From Octopus sinensis (Eukaryota), in the NCBI RefSeq assembly GCF_006345805.1, contig NC_043015.1:8742001-8806000 (forward strand): 64,000 bases of DNA, given 5' to 3'. Made by a program: the position numbers and the translations under genes. Shown one piece after another: positions 1 to 12,833 of the stretch (positions within the stretch are counted from its first letter, which is position 1; every line of letters starts with the position of its first letter). The notes beneath the pieces were generated by a model. It saw only the letters and a program-made list of their open reading frames with translations. It did no database searches and was not told the DNA's origin.

Positions 1-872
1 ATAGCTTAATGTTTCCCATCTATACAAACGTATGGATGGATATTATCACCGATATTTTTTTCAATTATGTAAGATTAAATAAACTTGAAGTTTAGCTTGA
101 CAGAGAATTTAGTTCATGCCTGCATGCCGTTCTAGCAATGTTTTATGAATGATTTGCAAACGTGCATGTGTCCACAATTAATGTTGTTTTTTTAAGAAAC
201 AAGTAACAATTAATCAAAATACACCAGGAACAACAATTCGGTAAAGATGGTTCTAGGATTATCGAACTAAGGTTGTTTGAATGAGGCTTCTTAATATATT
301 AAATATATAGCAATTATACTGATGTACTATTCCATAGTATATCAGTTTGAAGACTTCTAACTTCAATTACAATCGAGGTAAATTTGAGGAAAAGTTTCTT
401 CAAAAATTCTACTTCTCACATGAATACGCTTCGAACTCTCTCAGGTTCAATAACAAATATTATGCTCATCAATTCTTAATGCAAAATATGATGTAAGAGT
501 ACCAAATGATGATGAAATACTTGGAACGAAACAGTTTTAAAGAAGTAAGGAGTAAATAATGATGCATCAGAAATTACAAATTTTGATCCCAATTCATGCG
601 ACTTAGGAGGGCAGTGACAGATTCGTTAATACCGAGAAAACAGTCTCGTAAATGTTGGCTACCAACCCACAAAAGTTCATAGATTCACGTATTGAAAAGT
701 AACAATGTAGTTTGGCATTCTTTGAATACCCTTTATTCAGTTCAATGCCGAGTTAAATGCAGCACCAAACTGTACGGTCTTGGGCATTTAGGGACGACAG
801 GAAGCTGTCAGATTTGATCGACTGAGACGCACTTTCGACGAGTTCATTGCGCTTCCACAACACCACAACATC

Positions 873-999
873 CTTCTTCTTCTTCTTCTTCTTCTTCTTC
901 TTCTTCTTCTTCTTCTTCTTCTTCTTCTTCTTCTTCTTCTTCTTCTTCTTCTTCTTCTTCTTCTTCTTCTTCTTCTTCTTCTTCTTCTTCTTCTTCTTC
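873..999 (+). repeat. (TTC)n microsatellite
   Basis: Uninterrupted TTC run; explains the poly-F and poly-R ORFs. Confidence 0.98.
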
Positions 1000-1104
1000 C
1001 TTTACACACAAACACAAACACCTTTACACGCAAACACAAACATAAGCATTCAAATACTTAGTGAAAAATATCTGAATAACGATCTTAACAAACACGTTAC
1101 AATA

Positions 1105-1200
1105 CATCTATATATATCTATCTATTTATCTATCTATCTATCTGTCTACATATATATATTTATCTATCTATGTATATCTATGTATCAATCTGTCTCTCTG

Positions 1201-1277
<77 letters not shown>

Positions 1278-1293
1278 ATATCTATCTATTTCT

Positions 1294-1343
<50 letters not shown>
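1105..1343 (+). repeat. Compound (TCTA)n/(TA)n microsatellite
   Basis: Direct reading. Confidence 0.97.
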
Positions 1344-1346
<3 letters not shown>

Positions 1347-1734
1347 AATCTGTGTATGTACGTTAGTATGTATCTACGGTGCTTTTAATCCCAACCCCGT
1401 TGTGATTCCAGTATTTTCAGAAACATGACGACGTTAGATTATACGTTTATCTCAAGTATTTCTTCTTTACCAAACACTCACTACAGAGTGGACAAACGAA
1501 AGAAAGTCACTCGATACATTTTTGAGGAGGTACATGTATTGTTAAAAACAGTTTGATACATATTCCGCGCTACTTCAAATATCGAAGCTCTTAACAGGGC
1601 CTCTCCTCACGCCGCTGGAAATTGAAATTGCCACCGAATTCCGATTCAAAATGTTTGGGATAATATTTATGTGTGTGTGTGTATGCGTGCGTGTTTGTGT
1701 ACATATATAACTTTACTTATTTCAATTTCCTTTT

Positions 1735-1845
1735 ACCAAGGCTATAGCAAAAGACATTTGCCAAGGTGTAATGGAGTAAATCTCAAACTGGAACCATGCG
1801 GTTGAGAAACTAAAATCTTACAACACAGTCACGCACGCGCCCACA
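1735..1845 (-). mobile_element. Decayed 5' fragment of CORE-type tRNA SINE (SINE-B)
   Basis: Reverse complement resembles the head of the copy at 32236 (GCTATAGCAAAAGACATTTGCCAAGG...GGAACCATGCGGTTG). Confidence 0.6.
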
Positions 1846-2384
1846 TGCATATGTAACTTAAATATGATGATCGATTAAATAGATAATATAAGAAGGAAAA
1901 TGTTTTGATAAATAGTAAATTATATAAAGAAAAGAAAACCCATAAAGGAAAGAAAACATGTATAAAGAAAAGGAAACATATTTTATGTTTCAAATTATAG
2001 GATTTCTACAGAAGTGAAGAGTAGAAAAGCTTTGAGCAGTAAGGAATCTTAAATTACCGATGGGTAAAACTGCCTATTAATGTTAGAATTCGATGTTGTG
2101 TGCCACTAATTGATGATAAATGATTGTATACAAGCAATTTCAATAGTATATCTCTGTATGGTACCATACTGACTTATGCATATCTCTGTATTTGAGAATG
2201 AGCGTCTGGAAATAATGGAAATACTTGAAGAGACTGTAATTAGTGGGAGCCGGTGAGGCTGTTGGTAGAGGGTGAATTTATTTATTTCTATTAAGGATGG
2301 ATGAAGGTTCAAGTAAGAATAACAGATGCTGCACATGGACACATATATTTGGAGGCAGAGAGATTTCTGTTTCCGTTGTGGCGA

Positions 2385-2790
2385 ATGAGATGGCATAGAG
2401 CGTATTTTGCGTAGAATATGGGCACTTCCCATGAACAGTATCTTTTGGATTTCTTCCATTTTGGGGTTTCCTGTTACCTGAGATAGGTAGCAATCAGCTC
2501 CTTTTGCTATCATTCCAAGGGCACCTATGGCACCAGGTATTGTTAATTTCTATTTCAAGATCTTTATGCATGCTCAGATTTTGGTAGGTCTTGGCAGATA
2601 CGTTTATATCGATTGGGACAGTCAAGGAGGCGGCATGATTTTTGTCTGAAGACTTTCTATATGATGTCTGGCCTATTTGCACATATCTTTCTGTCAGTTT
2701 GAATGATGAAGTTCCAGAGGAATGAGATATAATCATTTTCAAGTACTGGAGATTGGTTGTGTTCCCACAGTTTTTATCATGGGTCAAGTA
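2385..2790 (-). mobile_element. Decayed 3' fragment of R4/Dong-like non-LTR retrotransposon (restriction-like endonuclease domain)
   Basis: Across frameshifts reads WEHNQSPVLENDYISFLWNFIIQTDRKICANRPDI...TVPIDINVSAKTYQNLSMHKDLEIEINNTW...GNPKMEEIQKILFMGSAHILRK. This matches the ENxxxKILWDFxIQTD/RPDI/D..VP.D/E..KY.DL REL signature. Confidence 0.85.
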
Positions 2791-2874
2791 CAGGGTTTTG
2801 CAGATGAATATATTGTGCATTATCATTATTATTATTATTATTATTGTTTTTGTTGTTGTTGTTGTTATTGTTCA

Positions 2875-3060
2875 GGTCACTGCCTGTAATCGAACTCAAA
2901 ATCTTGGGGTTAGCAGCCACGCTCTTAACTACTACGCCATATGCCCATAAGCATATGGCGTAATGCTTTAGAGGCTGGAGTGTATATCAGCCGAAACATT
3001 GTGTTAACAACAAACAGGATGAGGACAAATATCCGCCGATTGTAAATAATGTATACTATC
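2875..3060. mobile_element. Non-autonomous repeat: antisense tRNA-like head, fold-back centre, and hammerhead-type PLE-like 3' end
   Basis: 2877-2941 reverse complement has A box TGGCGTAGTAG and B box GAGTTCGATT. Hairpin TACGCCATATGC/GCATATGGCGTA follows, then GGCTG..CAGCC-GAAAC. Homologous to 9913-10150. Confidence 0.7.
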
Positions 3061-3231
3061 TGTTATTCTGTATTGGCTCGCTCAAGAAGGACTTCAGTTT
3101 GAACACTTTTCATATCTAGATGCTTTTATTAAATTCATTCAGTTGTTGAACGTAAACATATCTTGGAATTAAAAGGTTTCGGTTTACTTTTAGGTGACTT
3201 TTGGCCAATCCTCTATACATATACACACAGC

Positions 3232-3295
3232 ACCACCGAAGTCGACTTAGCCTTTCATCCTCTCGGATCGATGAAATTGCCGGCCCAGTGCCAAA
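3232..3295 (+). mobile_element. SINE-A core fragment
   Basis: GAAGTCGACTTAGCCTTTCATCCTCTCGGATCGAT matches the SINE-A core at 21845. Confidence 0.7.
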
Positions 3296-3311
3296 TTATA
3301 TATATATATAT

Positions 3312-3377
<66 letters not shown>

Positions 3378-3666
3378 AAGTATGTATGTATATATATTTA
3401 TATGTATGTTTGTATGTATGTGAGTATGTATTCAAGCAGTGTCTGACGCCCGCTCTTCATTCAGCAGAATTTATAGGGCATTCCAAATATAATATTGGAC
3501 AGACTCAGTATAGTTTATACAAATATTTTCGCCTGGTTCTACAAATTTTAAAGATAAAATATTGATTCTGGCACCTACTTTATATCTTTTTAGGAATGGA
3601 TGTTTATACATAAACAAACACGCGTACAATGACACAAGAATACACAAACACACACACACACACACA

Positions 3667-3749
<83 letters not shown>

Positions 3750-5857
3750 GCATATACACGCATACATACATCATATTTTATTCATGAATGCGTATTTGGG
3801 TCTCTATCCTTCGTTGGTTGAACTGTTTAGTCTATATATTTTCCTTGGCTTTCTCCTATCACCTCATTAAATGATAGAATGAAATCATTTTACATTTTTA
3901 CGTGAAAATTTATTGAATATATACGCAGATATACTTGTATACGTGTACATATTTTCAGCGTATACATACACGCATGCATACGTACACACGCACAGAGACA
4001 GACAGACACACACACACATATGTATATATATACACCCGACCATGCATGCGTGCATGAATGTGCATGCGTAAATTTAGGTACATATCTGAGTGTGTAAATG
4101 TATGTGTGTTTCCGTGAGTATGTTTGGAATATGATGCAACGTTTCCTTTGTATGTCTGAAGCAAAGAATATAACAATTGCGATAAACCTTTGAAGATTTT
4201 TAATAATATACATATCTTTTGATATATTATGAAATAGATAGTTATCGTGATGTTGTATTATCGAATTTAGTCTCTTATTTCAATATTTGTAAAAAAAATA
4301 AAATTATGTAATATTTGAAATACGCTAAAATGAGCAATACAAAATCATAGCAATCTAATTTTGGTTATCTAAATGAGAAAACAATTTCAACGTCACGTAA
4401 ATCAAAGCAAACATTAATATGTTCGCATAATGCACAAAATCCTCTTGTTCCTTAGCACATTAAATTTTAATATTTAAACTTCATTTTAGAAAGATGTTTA
4501 TCATTATATTTAAAATGGTTGAGCTGAATTGCTCATTTCCTTTCTTTACTTTTTTTGCTATCATTACATAATGTTCATTATCATCAGAAATCGTTTTGTA
4601 TCTGATATATGATGTGCACATGCTTATGTTTTTAATGAATAACATGCTATAGTTACTAAAAGGATATGCTGGGAAACGATTTCTTTTGGAAAAGGATAGT
4701 GTCACTATGAGCGCTCGTTTCAATTTCTGCTCAATAGTAGATCTTCGGCACAATTAGATAGCAACGCTTTGTTTCGTATATTGCATAGAATTCTATAAAA
4801 TACAAAAATTTGATACAATCGCAAATTGATAAAAAGAAAAAAAAGACCATTGCTTTTTGACACACTAATCCCTAAGAATGCATGATGGATTTGTAGCATT
4901 ATGGTCGGAAATAATTTTATTACATTTACGTATTATATTCTTATTAACATTGATTGAAATACTTGCAGTCTATAGACACAAGCTGCAGAGAATGTTTCAT
5001 GATCCGTAGTAACGAGATAAAACGCCATATAATAATTATTTCCATTACATTCAAAGCATTTTCAAACACAATACTGATAGCATTAAATACACTACAATGC
5101 CTAGTTTTAAAAATATTTGCAGTTGTTATTTCCAACTGAAATACGATTCAATGGTCTATTTTAATAGATCCTACTCATTATAAATGCACACACACACACA
5201 CTCACACACTCACAAACACCCCCACACACACATACTCACACACACACACACATATTTATGCATGCACACATACATATATAATATAGGGTGTATACACACA
5301 TAATATACAGAATGTAGCCTATAATAAGATACTATGGTGCAAATGAAGTTGTTCCCCCACCAATTTGCTATAATCACACAAAAATTATTATCAACAATTT
5401 GCCATTTCATGTGCAGTTTCCTAATATTTGGAGACAGTCCGTTGATTAGGAACTCGTGTCACCAAAATTGAAGGTACGTATGTTTTAGTATATAGTAGTG
5501 GAAGTTATTTTCCAGCTTCCTGTTTAATAGTAGCTAGGCATTTCTTCCTGCTGAGGTCTCCTGCTTATATTCTGCATATTTTTCCTCCCCAATGCAGATC
5601 AGTTGATCGTTGTTCAGATCTGAAACTTGATTGTATCTGTATTACTCGTTTGTATATGATAACCTGAATGGCAGACACTAATATAATATTAGAATATTTT
5701 TCTTATAACAGTATGTTTGTCAAGGTTTGTTAAAAGGTTTCTTCGATATATACCTGTCTGTTATAAGTTTCTGTCTTGAGTACATGAACACTAGATGTAA
5801 ATATAATATCACTACGATAGTGCAATAACACCAAACACGCACACGCACACACACTTA

Positions 5858-6702
5858 TATGAAGGGGTGACCAGAAGTAAACGGAAATATTTCGAGTGGG
5901 ATAAGCCCGCTGTAAATCAGGCTTCCATCGCTAAAAGCCACTTGATGCAAGCCTCTGGCATAAGTCTGTCGACCGATGTCACCATGTGAGGATTTACTAT
6001 CACATGATGTTCGTGTTATGCAGCATTTCTGCCCTGTTCGTCGATTTTTGCGATGGCTGAAACGGAAGGACTGTGTTTTTCCATGAAATTCTATTTTCTG
6101 CTGTGGAAAACGTCTATCGAAACCGCTGTCATTCCTCAAACAACTTACACGGACGCTTCCATGAGCAAATCACAAATTAATGAGTGCTTTCCACGCTTAA
6201 GGAATGACCACTGGTGCATCATGTCCAATTTCGTTTAGGAAGATCATCGACCAACTAAACGAATGAAAACATCATGAAAATACACTGACTAATTTTAGAG
6301 GACAGTCACCGAACAATTGACGAAGTTGTTGATATGACAGTTGTGCCTTGGAGATCCTGCCAATACAATTAAACGAAGAATTGCCAATGAAAGGAGTTGC
6401 GACGAAATTGTGCCTCGCTTTCTCACGGAAGATTAAGAGTAGTCTCTACTGGATGCGTATCGTGAACTAAAAATAACATTTGGAGGTTGATATGTAACTT
6501 TTTTCGAAGGTCATTACTATGGATGAATGCTCTACGGTATTTGCAGATGTGAAAGAGGTGAAGAAAATGACGAAGGTGTTAAAAGGCATCACTTCGCATG
6601 AGATCTAGCACTGCTTCGAATATTTGAAAACGCGCCTGGACCGATGCATTGCTTCAAATGAAGGATACTTTGAAGGCGATAAGAATGTAAACATGTATAA
6701 CT

Positions 6703-6710
<8 letters not shown>
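5858..6710 (+). mobile_element. Internally deleted, decayed mariner-type DNA transposon
   Basis: Reads MKFYFLLWKTSIETA..YTDASMSKSQINECF (helix-turn-helix region), ILEDSHRTIDEVV, KxVPRFLTED, VITMDE (first catalytic D), then jumps to the C-terminus RLDRCIASNEGYFEGD. Left end TA-TGAAGGGGTGACCAGAAGTA is mariner TIR-like. Confidence 0.85.
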
Positions 6711-6753
<43 letters not shown>

Positions 6754-6791
6754 CATACATACATACATACATACATACATACATACATACA

Positions 6792-6822
<31 letters not shown>
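6711..6822 (+). repeat. (ATAG)n(ATAC)n microsatellite
   Basis: Direct reading. Confidence 0.97.
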
Positions 6823-9800
6823 GTTTGCATTTTTATAATCAATATTTGGCTGTTAAATTTCGTAAACCTTGTATCTCCGGATTGGAAGTTGAATCCATGC
6901 TCTTTGTACACCGTCCCAAATATACATAATATGTATTACATTTGACTATTGGATCCACATATATTGCTAACAAAATGAACCTACACGTAAATGCAAATGT
7001 ACAATTACAAAATAGGAAAACAAGAAAAGAAAATCGATCATATGAAATTTCTAAACATTTCAAATGAACTTAGATCGACTAATTTCATGATCGCAAGTTA
7101 TGCTGCAGTGAGGAGCTCATAAAAAGAATTAAATAACGTCTACAGCTACCAGGATACTGAAAGGGAGGTACAAATCGATTACATGGAAATATTATTCCAT
7201 ATATTCTCTCACTCAACAAAAATACCTGTGAGGATAATAATAAACCAAAGAAAATTATAAATCCTAAGTGGCTCTCTCTCTCTCTCTTGAAAGGAAAGCT
7301 CACCCCTTCATTTCATTTCTTATACTGTCTTTCTCAAACTCTCTCACCCCGAAAGCAAATTTATGTGGCAGTACCAGTAGTCTCCAGTCAAATTCCGCAC
7401 GTATGTGTAAGACGATGTTCGAATTCTGAATGCTATACACAAAACTGATGGCAAGGTGACGAAGGGAGATGAAATATATTGGAAATTGGTCGTAAGGGGC
7501 GACTACTTGATAAGCAACATTTAAATTCGACCAGAGATCCCACATTCGGTCCCGAGAAAAAGGCAAGTAGCTTGTAGAGAAAACCGTAATTGAAGAAAGC
7601 CGTACATGAAGAACACTCAAACGAAGCGAATAAGTACTATACTTACAATGTCATATATTTTTAATTGTAGAAAGGAAACTGATGTTTCAAATGTAACGGA
7701 ATTTTACTAAGCATAGGGTATGATTCGAAATTGTGATAAAATGTGTGAAAGGAACGACTATTCTTCAAATGAATGTTTTATACAGAAATGATATTAATTT
7801 AAATTTGAGATATTGACTGAAAATTCCAAATATATTACTGAAAATTGCGTAATAGAATTATTACTATACATATTTTCTTATAACTCACAGAAAAATTATA
7901 TACAGATATAAAGAGTTTTAATTTTTGACAGGGCCTGATATTTTTAGCATGTCATGACTGACTAACTTATGTGTAATAGGGATCTGATATTTCAGAATGG
8001 GTAAGAATGAAAATTAATTTCGACAATGCTACAGCCCTCTGATAATAAATGTACAGTTTTCTCGCTAATATGCCTCAATTATTTAGTTCGATGATCAGTG
8101 CCTTTTGCCAATCCACTATCAATAAAAACGTAATTAATAAAATGTGTACTGTCATGCAATTTCTAAGTCCCTCTTGACTTCAAACCAAAGCTGATTATCT
8201 ACAAATATAGAAAATGGAACTTCTGAAATGTAGGATAAAAAAGGAACTTTATATTCTTAATTACAACAAAAATGAAGGATTTAATTAAATATTTAATGTA
8301 CAGATTTCCACGTGAATGTTACTATATTGAGAATACTTATTGTTTGTTCGCATCAATAAGGAAACATTCATTAAAATGTTTTTGAATAAAACATGCATAG
8401 AAACATCATATTTTCATTATGTTCTATTTTCTACTCTATGAGAAATATAACCGATAGCTATAGCAAAACTTTTGGCGGCATATTCACCTTTATCCTACTT
8501 ATATACATTGCTGTTTTCAAATTATGGTCCAAAATTTAATGCATACAAACAAGAAAATGGAACGTGCATAGTGAAATGCATCAGAAACTTAAATCAAACT
8601 AAATTATATATATATATATATATAAAATAATAACGTTGTTGATGTTATGCAAAATCTCCATTTTGCCGTAAATGGTTGTTTCCCAAGAGATTTTCTATTA
8701 ATTGATAACGACAGTCGTTTGTTACATCCGGGAATGTAATCTACTTTTCCGAACGTCACCCATTTTTGCTCGCAATATCCCAGGGGATCACCAAGTAAAA
8801 CGTAGGAGATAATGCATAGAAATTTTGAAATTAATGGTAAATTGAAAAAGAATAAAAACATACAACTCGAAATGAATTAATAGCTTTTTAGTTTCCAGCA
8901 AAACGGCGATGGAAGACGTTTTACACAAGTTCATTTTTGATTTTAACATATTATTTGTGGATGAAAATTATTGCAGCAAGTAAAACCATAACATTCAGAA
9001 TAATTGTTTTAAAGTGTAGCAAACTATGTTTTAGGAGACATAAAAGAAGGACATATAACATGAATAATTTATTTGAGAATGCTGATGATATATAAGGCAA
9101 TTCTTTTTTTACATTTATTTTAAAACAGAAACATATGGCTGGTGACGTCAAATAGACAAATATATGAAAATATGATTTGATTCCATGCATGTGTTAGCGT
9201 ACAACGCTCTAATTGTGTTGTAACAATTGCATTTCCGTGCATTAATAGCTAATAGATGGAACTCAGAAATTTTGGAAATCAAAATATAAGATGCCTCTTT
9301 AGAAGGAGTAATCAGTAATCATATTTATATGTAATATCTCTTAAAAAGGCAACAATACATACGTATAGATAAAAAAAGACAAAATTCATTCTTAAACATC
9401 AAGTCATATACATTCATACAAAATCGTGTGTGTTTGTGTGTGTGTGTGCGCGCATGTGAGCGAATGCAAAACTGGAATATTAAGGCACCATTCTCAGTGT
9501 TGTTGTGCAAGATACTGATGTAGGAACATATATTCCAATCTAGTTTAAAAATCTAGGTTAAATATGGCAAGGAAGTATGTTTTACCTCAGCCGCAGTACA
9601 GAGCTTTTAGACAAAGCGCCCTTAGTTTATTCATAATGACGCTGCGATAGCTAGCAGACTGAAAGAAAATAAATTGCTATACGCCTAGCAAAGGACAGTT
9701 GAGAAGAATCTGACAAAAGAATATGTCACCTAATTCACATTGATTACGTTATTTACGTTTGAAGGATATTTGTCCTTCTCTTGTTTCTTTTTAACATAAC

Positions 9801-9879
9801 GTTTGGCTGATACAGCCTTCATTAGGTTTCTTGGGGAAATTTCAAACCTGGAAACATATTCCTAATGTACTTTTCGATG

Positions 9880-9912
<33 letters not shown>

Positions 9913-9913
<1 letters not shown>

Positions 9914-10150
9914 TAAGATCACTGCCTGGAATCAAACTCAGAATCTTGATGTTAGTAGCCCGCGCTCTTAACCACTACGCCATAAACCGTAACCACAAAA
10001 CAACATTTAAAAATACCTTAGGAATGGAAACGCTGGTTCGAAATTTCCCCAAGACACCTGATGAAACCCGGAAGGTGTATCAGCCGAAACGTTGTGTTAA
10101 CAACAAGAAGATGAGGACAAATATCCGTCAAATGTAAATAATGTAAAGAA
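9913..10150. mobile_element. Second copy of the tRNA-head/hammerhead repeat
   Basis: Antisense tRNA-like head 9915-9982. GACAC-CTGATGAA...CAGCC-GAAACGTT-GTGTT at 10053-10098. Tail homologous to 2990-3055. Confidence 0.75.
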
Positions 10151-10564
10151 TGTACATGATTCTACATCTCATAAGTATAGAACTGTATCATCTAATTCAG
10201 CCCAATTTACCGTAGAAAGGATTCAAAAAATCTTCTAAATCATAATTGATAAAAACATGCGTAATATTCGAATATACGGAAGACTTTTCGCATCAGTTCA
10301 TCATCCAAATTTTAAACTAAAGATTCACAAGAGTTTGCGTCACTTACAGATACCTCATTTACAGAAATAGGATAACTGGACGGTGCATGTTATAACGAGT
10401 ATGTAATATATGAAGATTCAATTAGATGAAAGAATTCGGATAGAAAACCTGCTTTAAGAGTCGCATACGTCCTCCAAAATGTAAAGTTAAAGGCAACACA
10501 AATATTTTAATCTACATATTAATTACCAGGCGGATTCTAACGGCCAGGAAGGTTTTAGGTGGAG

Positions 10565-10672
10565 ACTTGGCAGAATCGTTACAACCGTGGGGAAAAATGC
10601 TTAGTAACCTTTCTTCCGAGGTTGCATTTAATCTTTACGGGGTCGATAAAATAATTAACATTTGAGGACTGG
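10565..10672 (+). mobile_element. Degenerate SINE-A copy
   Basis: TTGGCAGAATCGTTA head and TTTACGGGGTCGATAAAATAA core. Confidence 0.6.
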
Positions 10673-11584
10673 GAAAGAAGCCATTCATTTACGTACGCCC
10701 TCGAAACTACTCACTTTGTGGCACAATTTGAAACCAATACAGTAACATGAAGGTCTGAATCTATGCAAAACTGGCACCATCCGTCGCAGGAATTTCCCCT
10801 TATGAATTGTGGAAGGGCGAATAAATTTAATGGGAACACTGAGACCTAGTAATTTTTGAAATTCGAAAGGCCAAAATTTTGCGGACGCGTTTCCGCAAGC
10901 AGATGTTTTGTGCAATTTATTTCAAAACCCATAAATTCAGTAAGCGATTTTATGAGACAACTTAAAATCTGTTAATATATTTATTAAATTTTTCATATCG
11001 ATGTCTCGTTTTTATTAAAATCATTAATCTTACTAAATTCAGTAGATTTATATACAAAGTACGTTGATGTACGAGTAATTGAATATACGCGTGTATCTAT
11101 GTATGTGTGTCTTATATGTGTGCAATTCCAAATGTGTGTGTGTCAATGTATTTATGCTTTTATTTTACACTATAAATTTAGGTACCAATAATTTCGAGCA
11201 AGAAGAAAATACATAAACTTCCAATAATGAAATTCAATGAATGCTATATTATGACAATATCTTCAACCGCTAACAGTTGTTCATTCAGTAAACTGCACAG
11301 TACTCATAAATGAGTAGTTGTGCCTCACTTTATACTTTTCTACTAGCGAACTATAAAATTTCTTTTCTATATTTCGACCCACGTGGAACAAAAATAGCTT
11401 ACTTCCATTAATGTATATGCATATATCCATCTGTGTGCAAGTGTGTGTACGTGTTCGCGCACGATGAGTAACAGTATTATAACCGCGACTTCTGAGCATA
11501 AAATTAGACAGTAACTGGAAAAGACAGTCCTGTACACACACAAAAAACCGACTCATAGACAGACAAACAGACAGACACACACAC

Positions 11585-11629
11585 ACATATATAATATATA
11601 TATATTTATATATAAATGTATGTATGCTG

Positions 11630-11699
<70 letters not shown>

Positions 11700-11720
11700 T
11701 ATGTATATATATATATATGT
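11585..11720 (+). repeat. (TA)n microsatellite
   Basis: Direct reading. Confidence 0.95.
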
Positions 11721-11721
11721 A

Positions 11722-11815
11722 TAACAGAACCGCTCACAAGTAGCGAATCCTACTTGGTAAAATTTATTGATTACTTCGTAATTAATTAGTTTTACCTTTT
11801 GTTATTATATATATG

Positions 11816-11898
<83 letters not shown>

Positions 11899-12494
11899 GT
11901 ACCAAATCTGTTTTTCATTTATTTCATTTGATATATATATATCCTATCACCTATGCTACTAGCTGGCATATACAGGTGCTTACATTCATCAAGTATTCAC
12001 CCTGAATTTATTTATGTATATATATATATTTATATATTGTTATATTTCGGAATGGTCATTTTGCCAGTTTAGCCAATAAAAACACACGCACTATATATTT
12101 GGTGTTACTTTGCTTCAGTGTTATTTATTTTTTACATTAATCTTAATATTATTTCGGCCAGAGTTCTTTCATCATACTCCTGTGACCGCATCAGTGGTCT
12201 TTTGTTTTTTGTTTTCTTCTTTATTATTTGTGTCTCTCCTTACTAACCGTCAGCCTTTTTGCATGTCTATTGTATGTCTTCATTTGCGCATGCTTATATC
12301 TCTATGTGCGTCTGTTTATTTAGTGTGTGTGAGGGGGATACCTGTAATATTTGTATCTTCTGTTTATATACGTTCATGTAATTTGTTTTTGTTGTTGTTG
12401 TTTTTGTCTATTCTTATTTTGTTCATGTGTTTACATCCACTTATTATTATCCTTACATATGCTTGTATGTATGTATGTATAACAATAATACTAG

Positions 12495-12525
<31 letters not shown>

Positions 12526-12750
12526 AAAAACAGAGGACCACTGATGCAGTCACAGGAGTGTGGCAAAAGAACTCTGGCCGAAATAAGATTAAGATTAAAA
12601 AATAAATAACACTGAAGCGATGTAACACAAAATATATAGTGCGTGTATTTTTAGTGGCTAAATTGACAAAATTACCATTCCGAAATATAACAATATTTGT
12701 TTCAATACACGACTTCACATAAAAAATCTTGCACAACAAATATATAAACA
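11722..12750. mobile_element. ORF-less PLE-like terminal-repeat element with inverted arms (12034-12210 and 12525-12696)
   Basis: The arms are reverse complements of about 175 bp. Each has a degenerate hammerhead-like CTGATGC-(A/G)GTCA..TGGCC-GAAA. Flanked by (TA)n. Confidence 0.6.
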
Positions 12751-12800
12751 TATATTTATATATATATATATGTAAATATATATATATATATATATATACT

Positions 12801-12833
<33 letters not shown>

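Noticed and set aside
788-1388. Long ORFs of poly-R, poly-F, YLSI and IY repeats (and similar ORFs throughout, e.g. 33334-35983, 47005-47373)
   Set aside because: Translations of microsatellites; not coding
2877-2941. Possible tRNA-Ser gene (also 9915-9982 and the SINE heads)
   Set aside because: No complete acceptor stem; embedded in repeats, so SINE-type heads
10718-10850. Minus-strand segment with TAG acceptor and AAA/GTGAGT donor, open in two frames
   Set aside because: Weak acceptor, no recognisable protein, no compatible neighbouring exons
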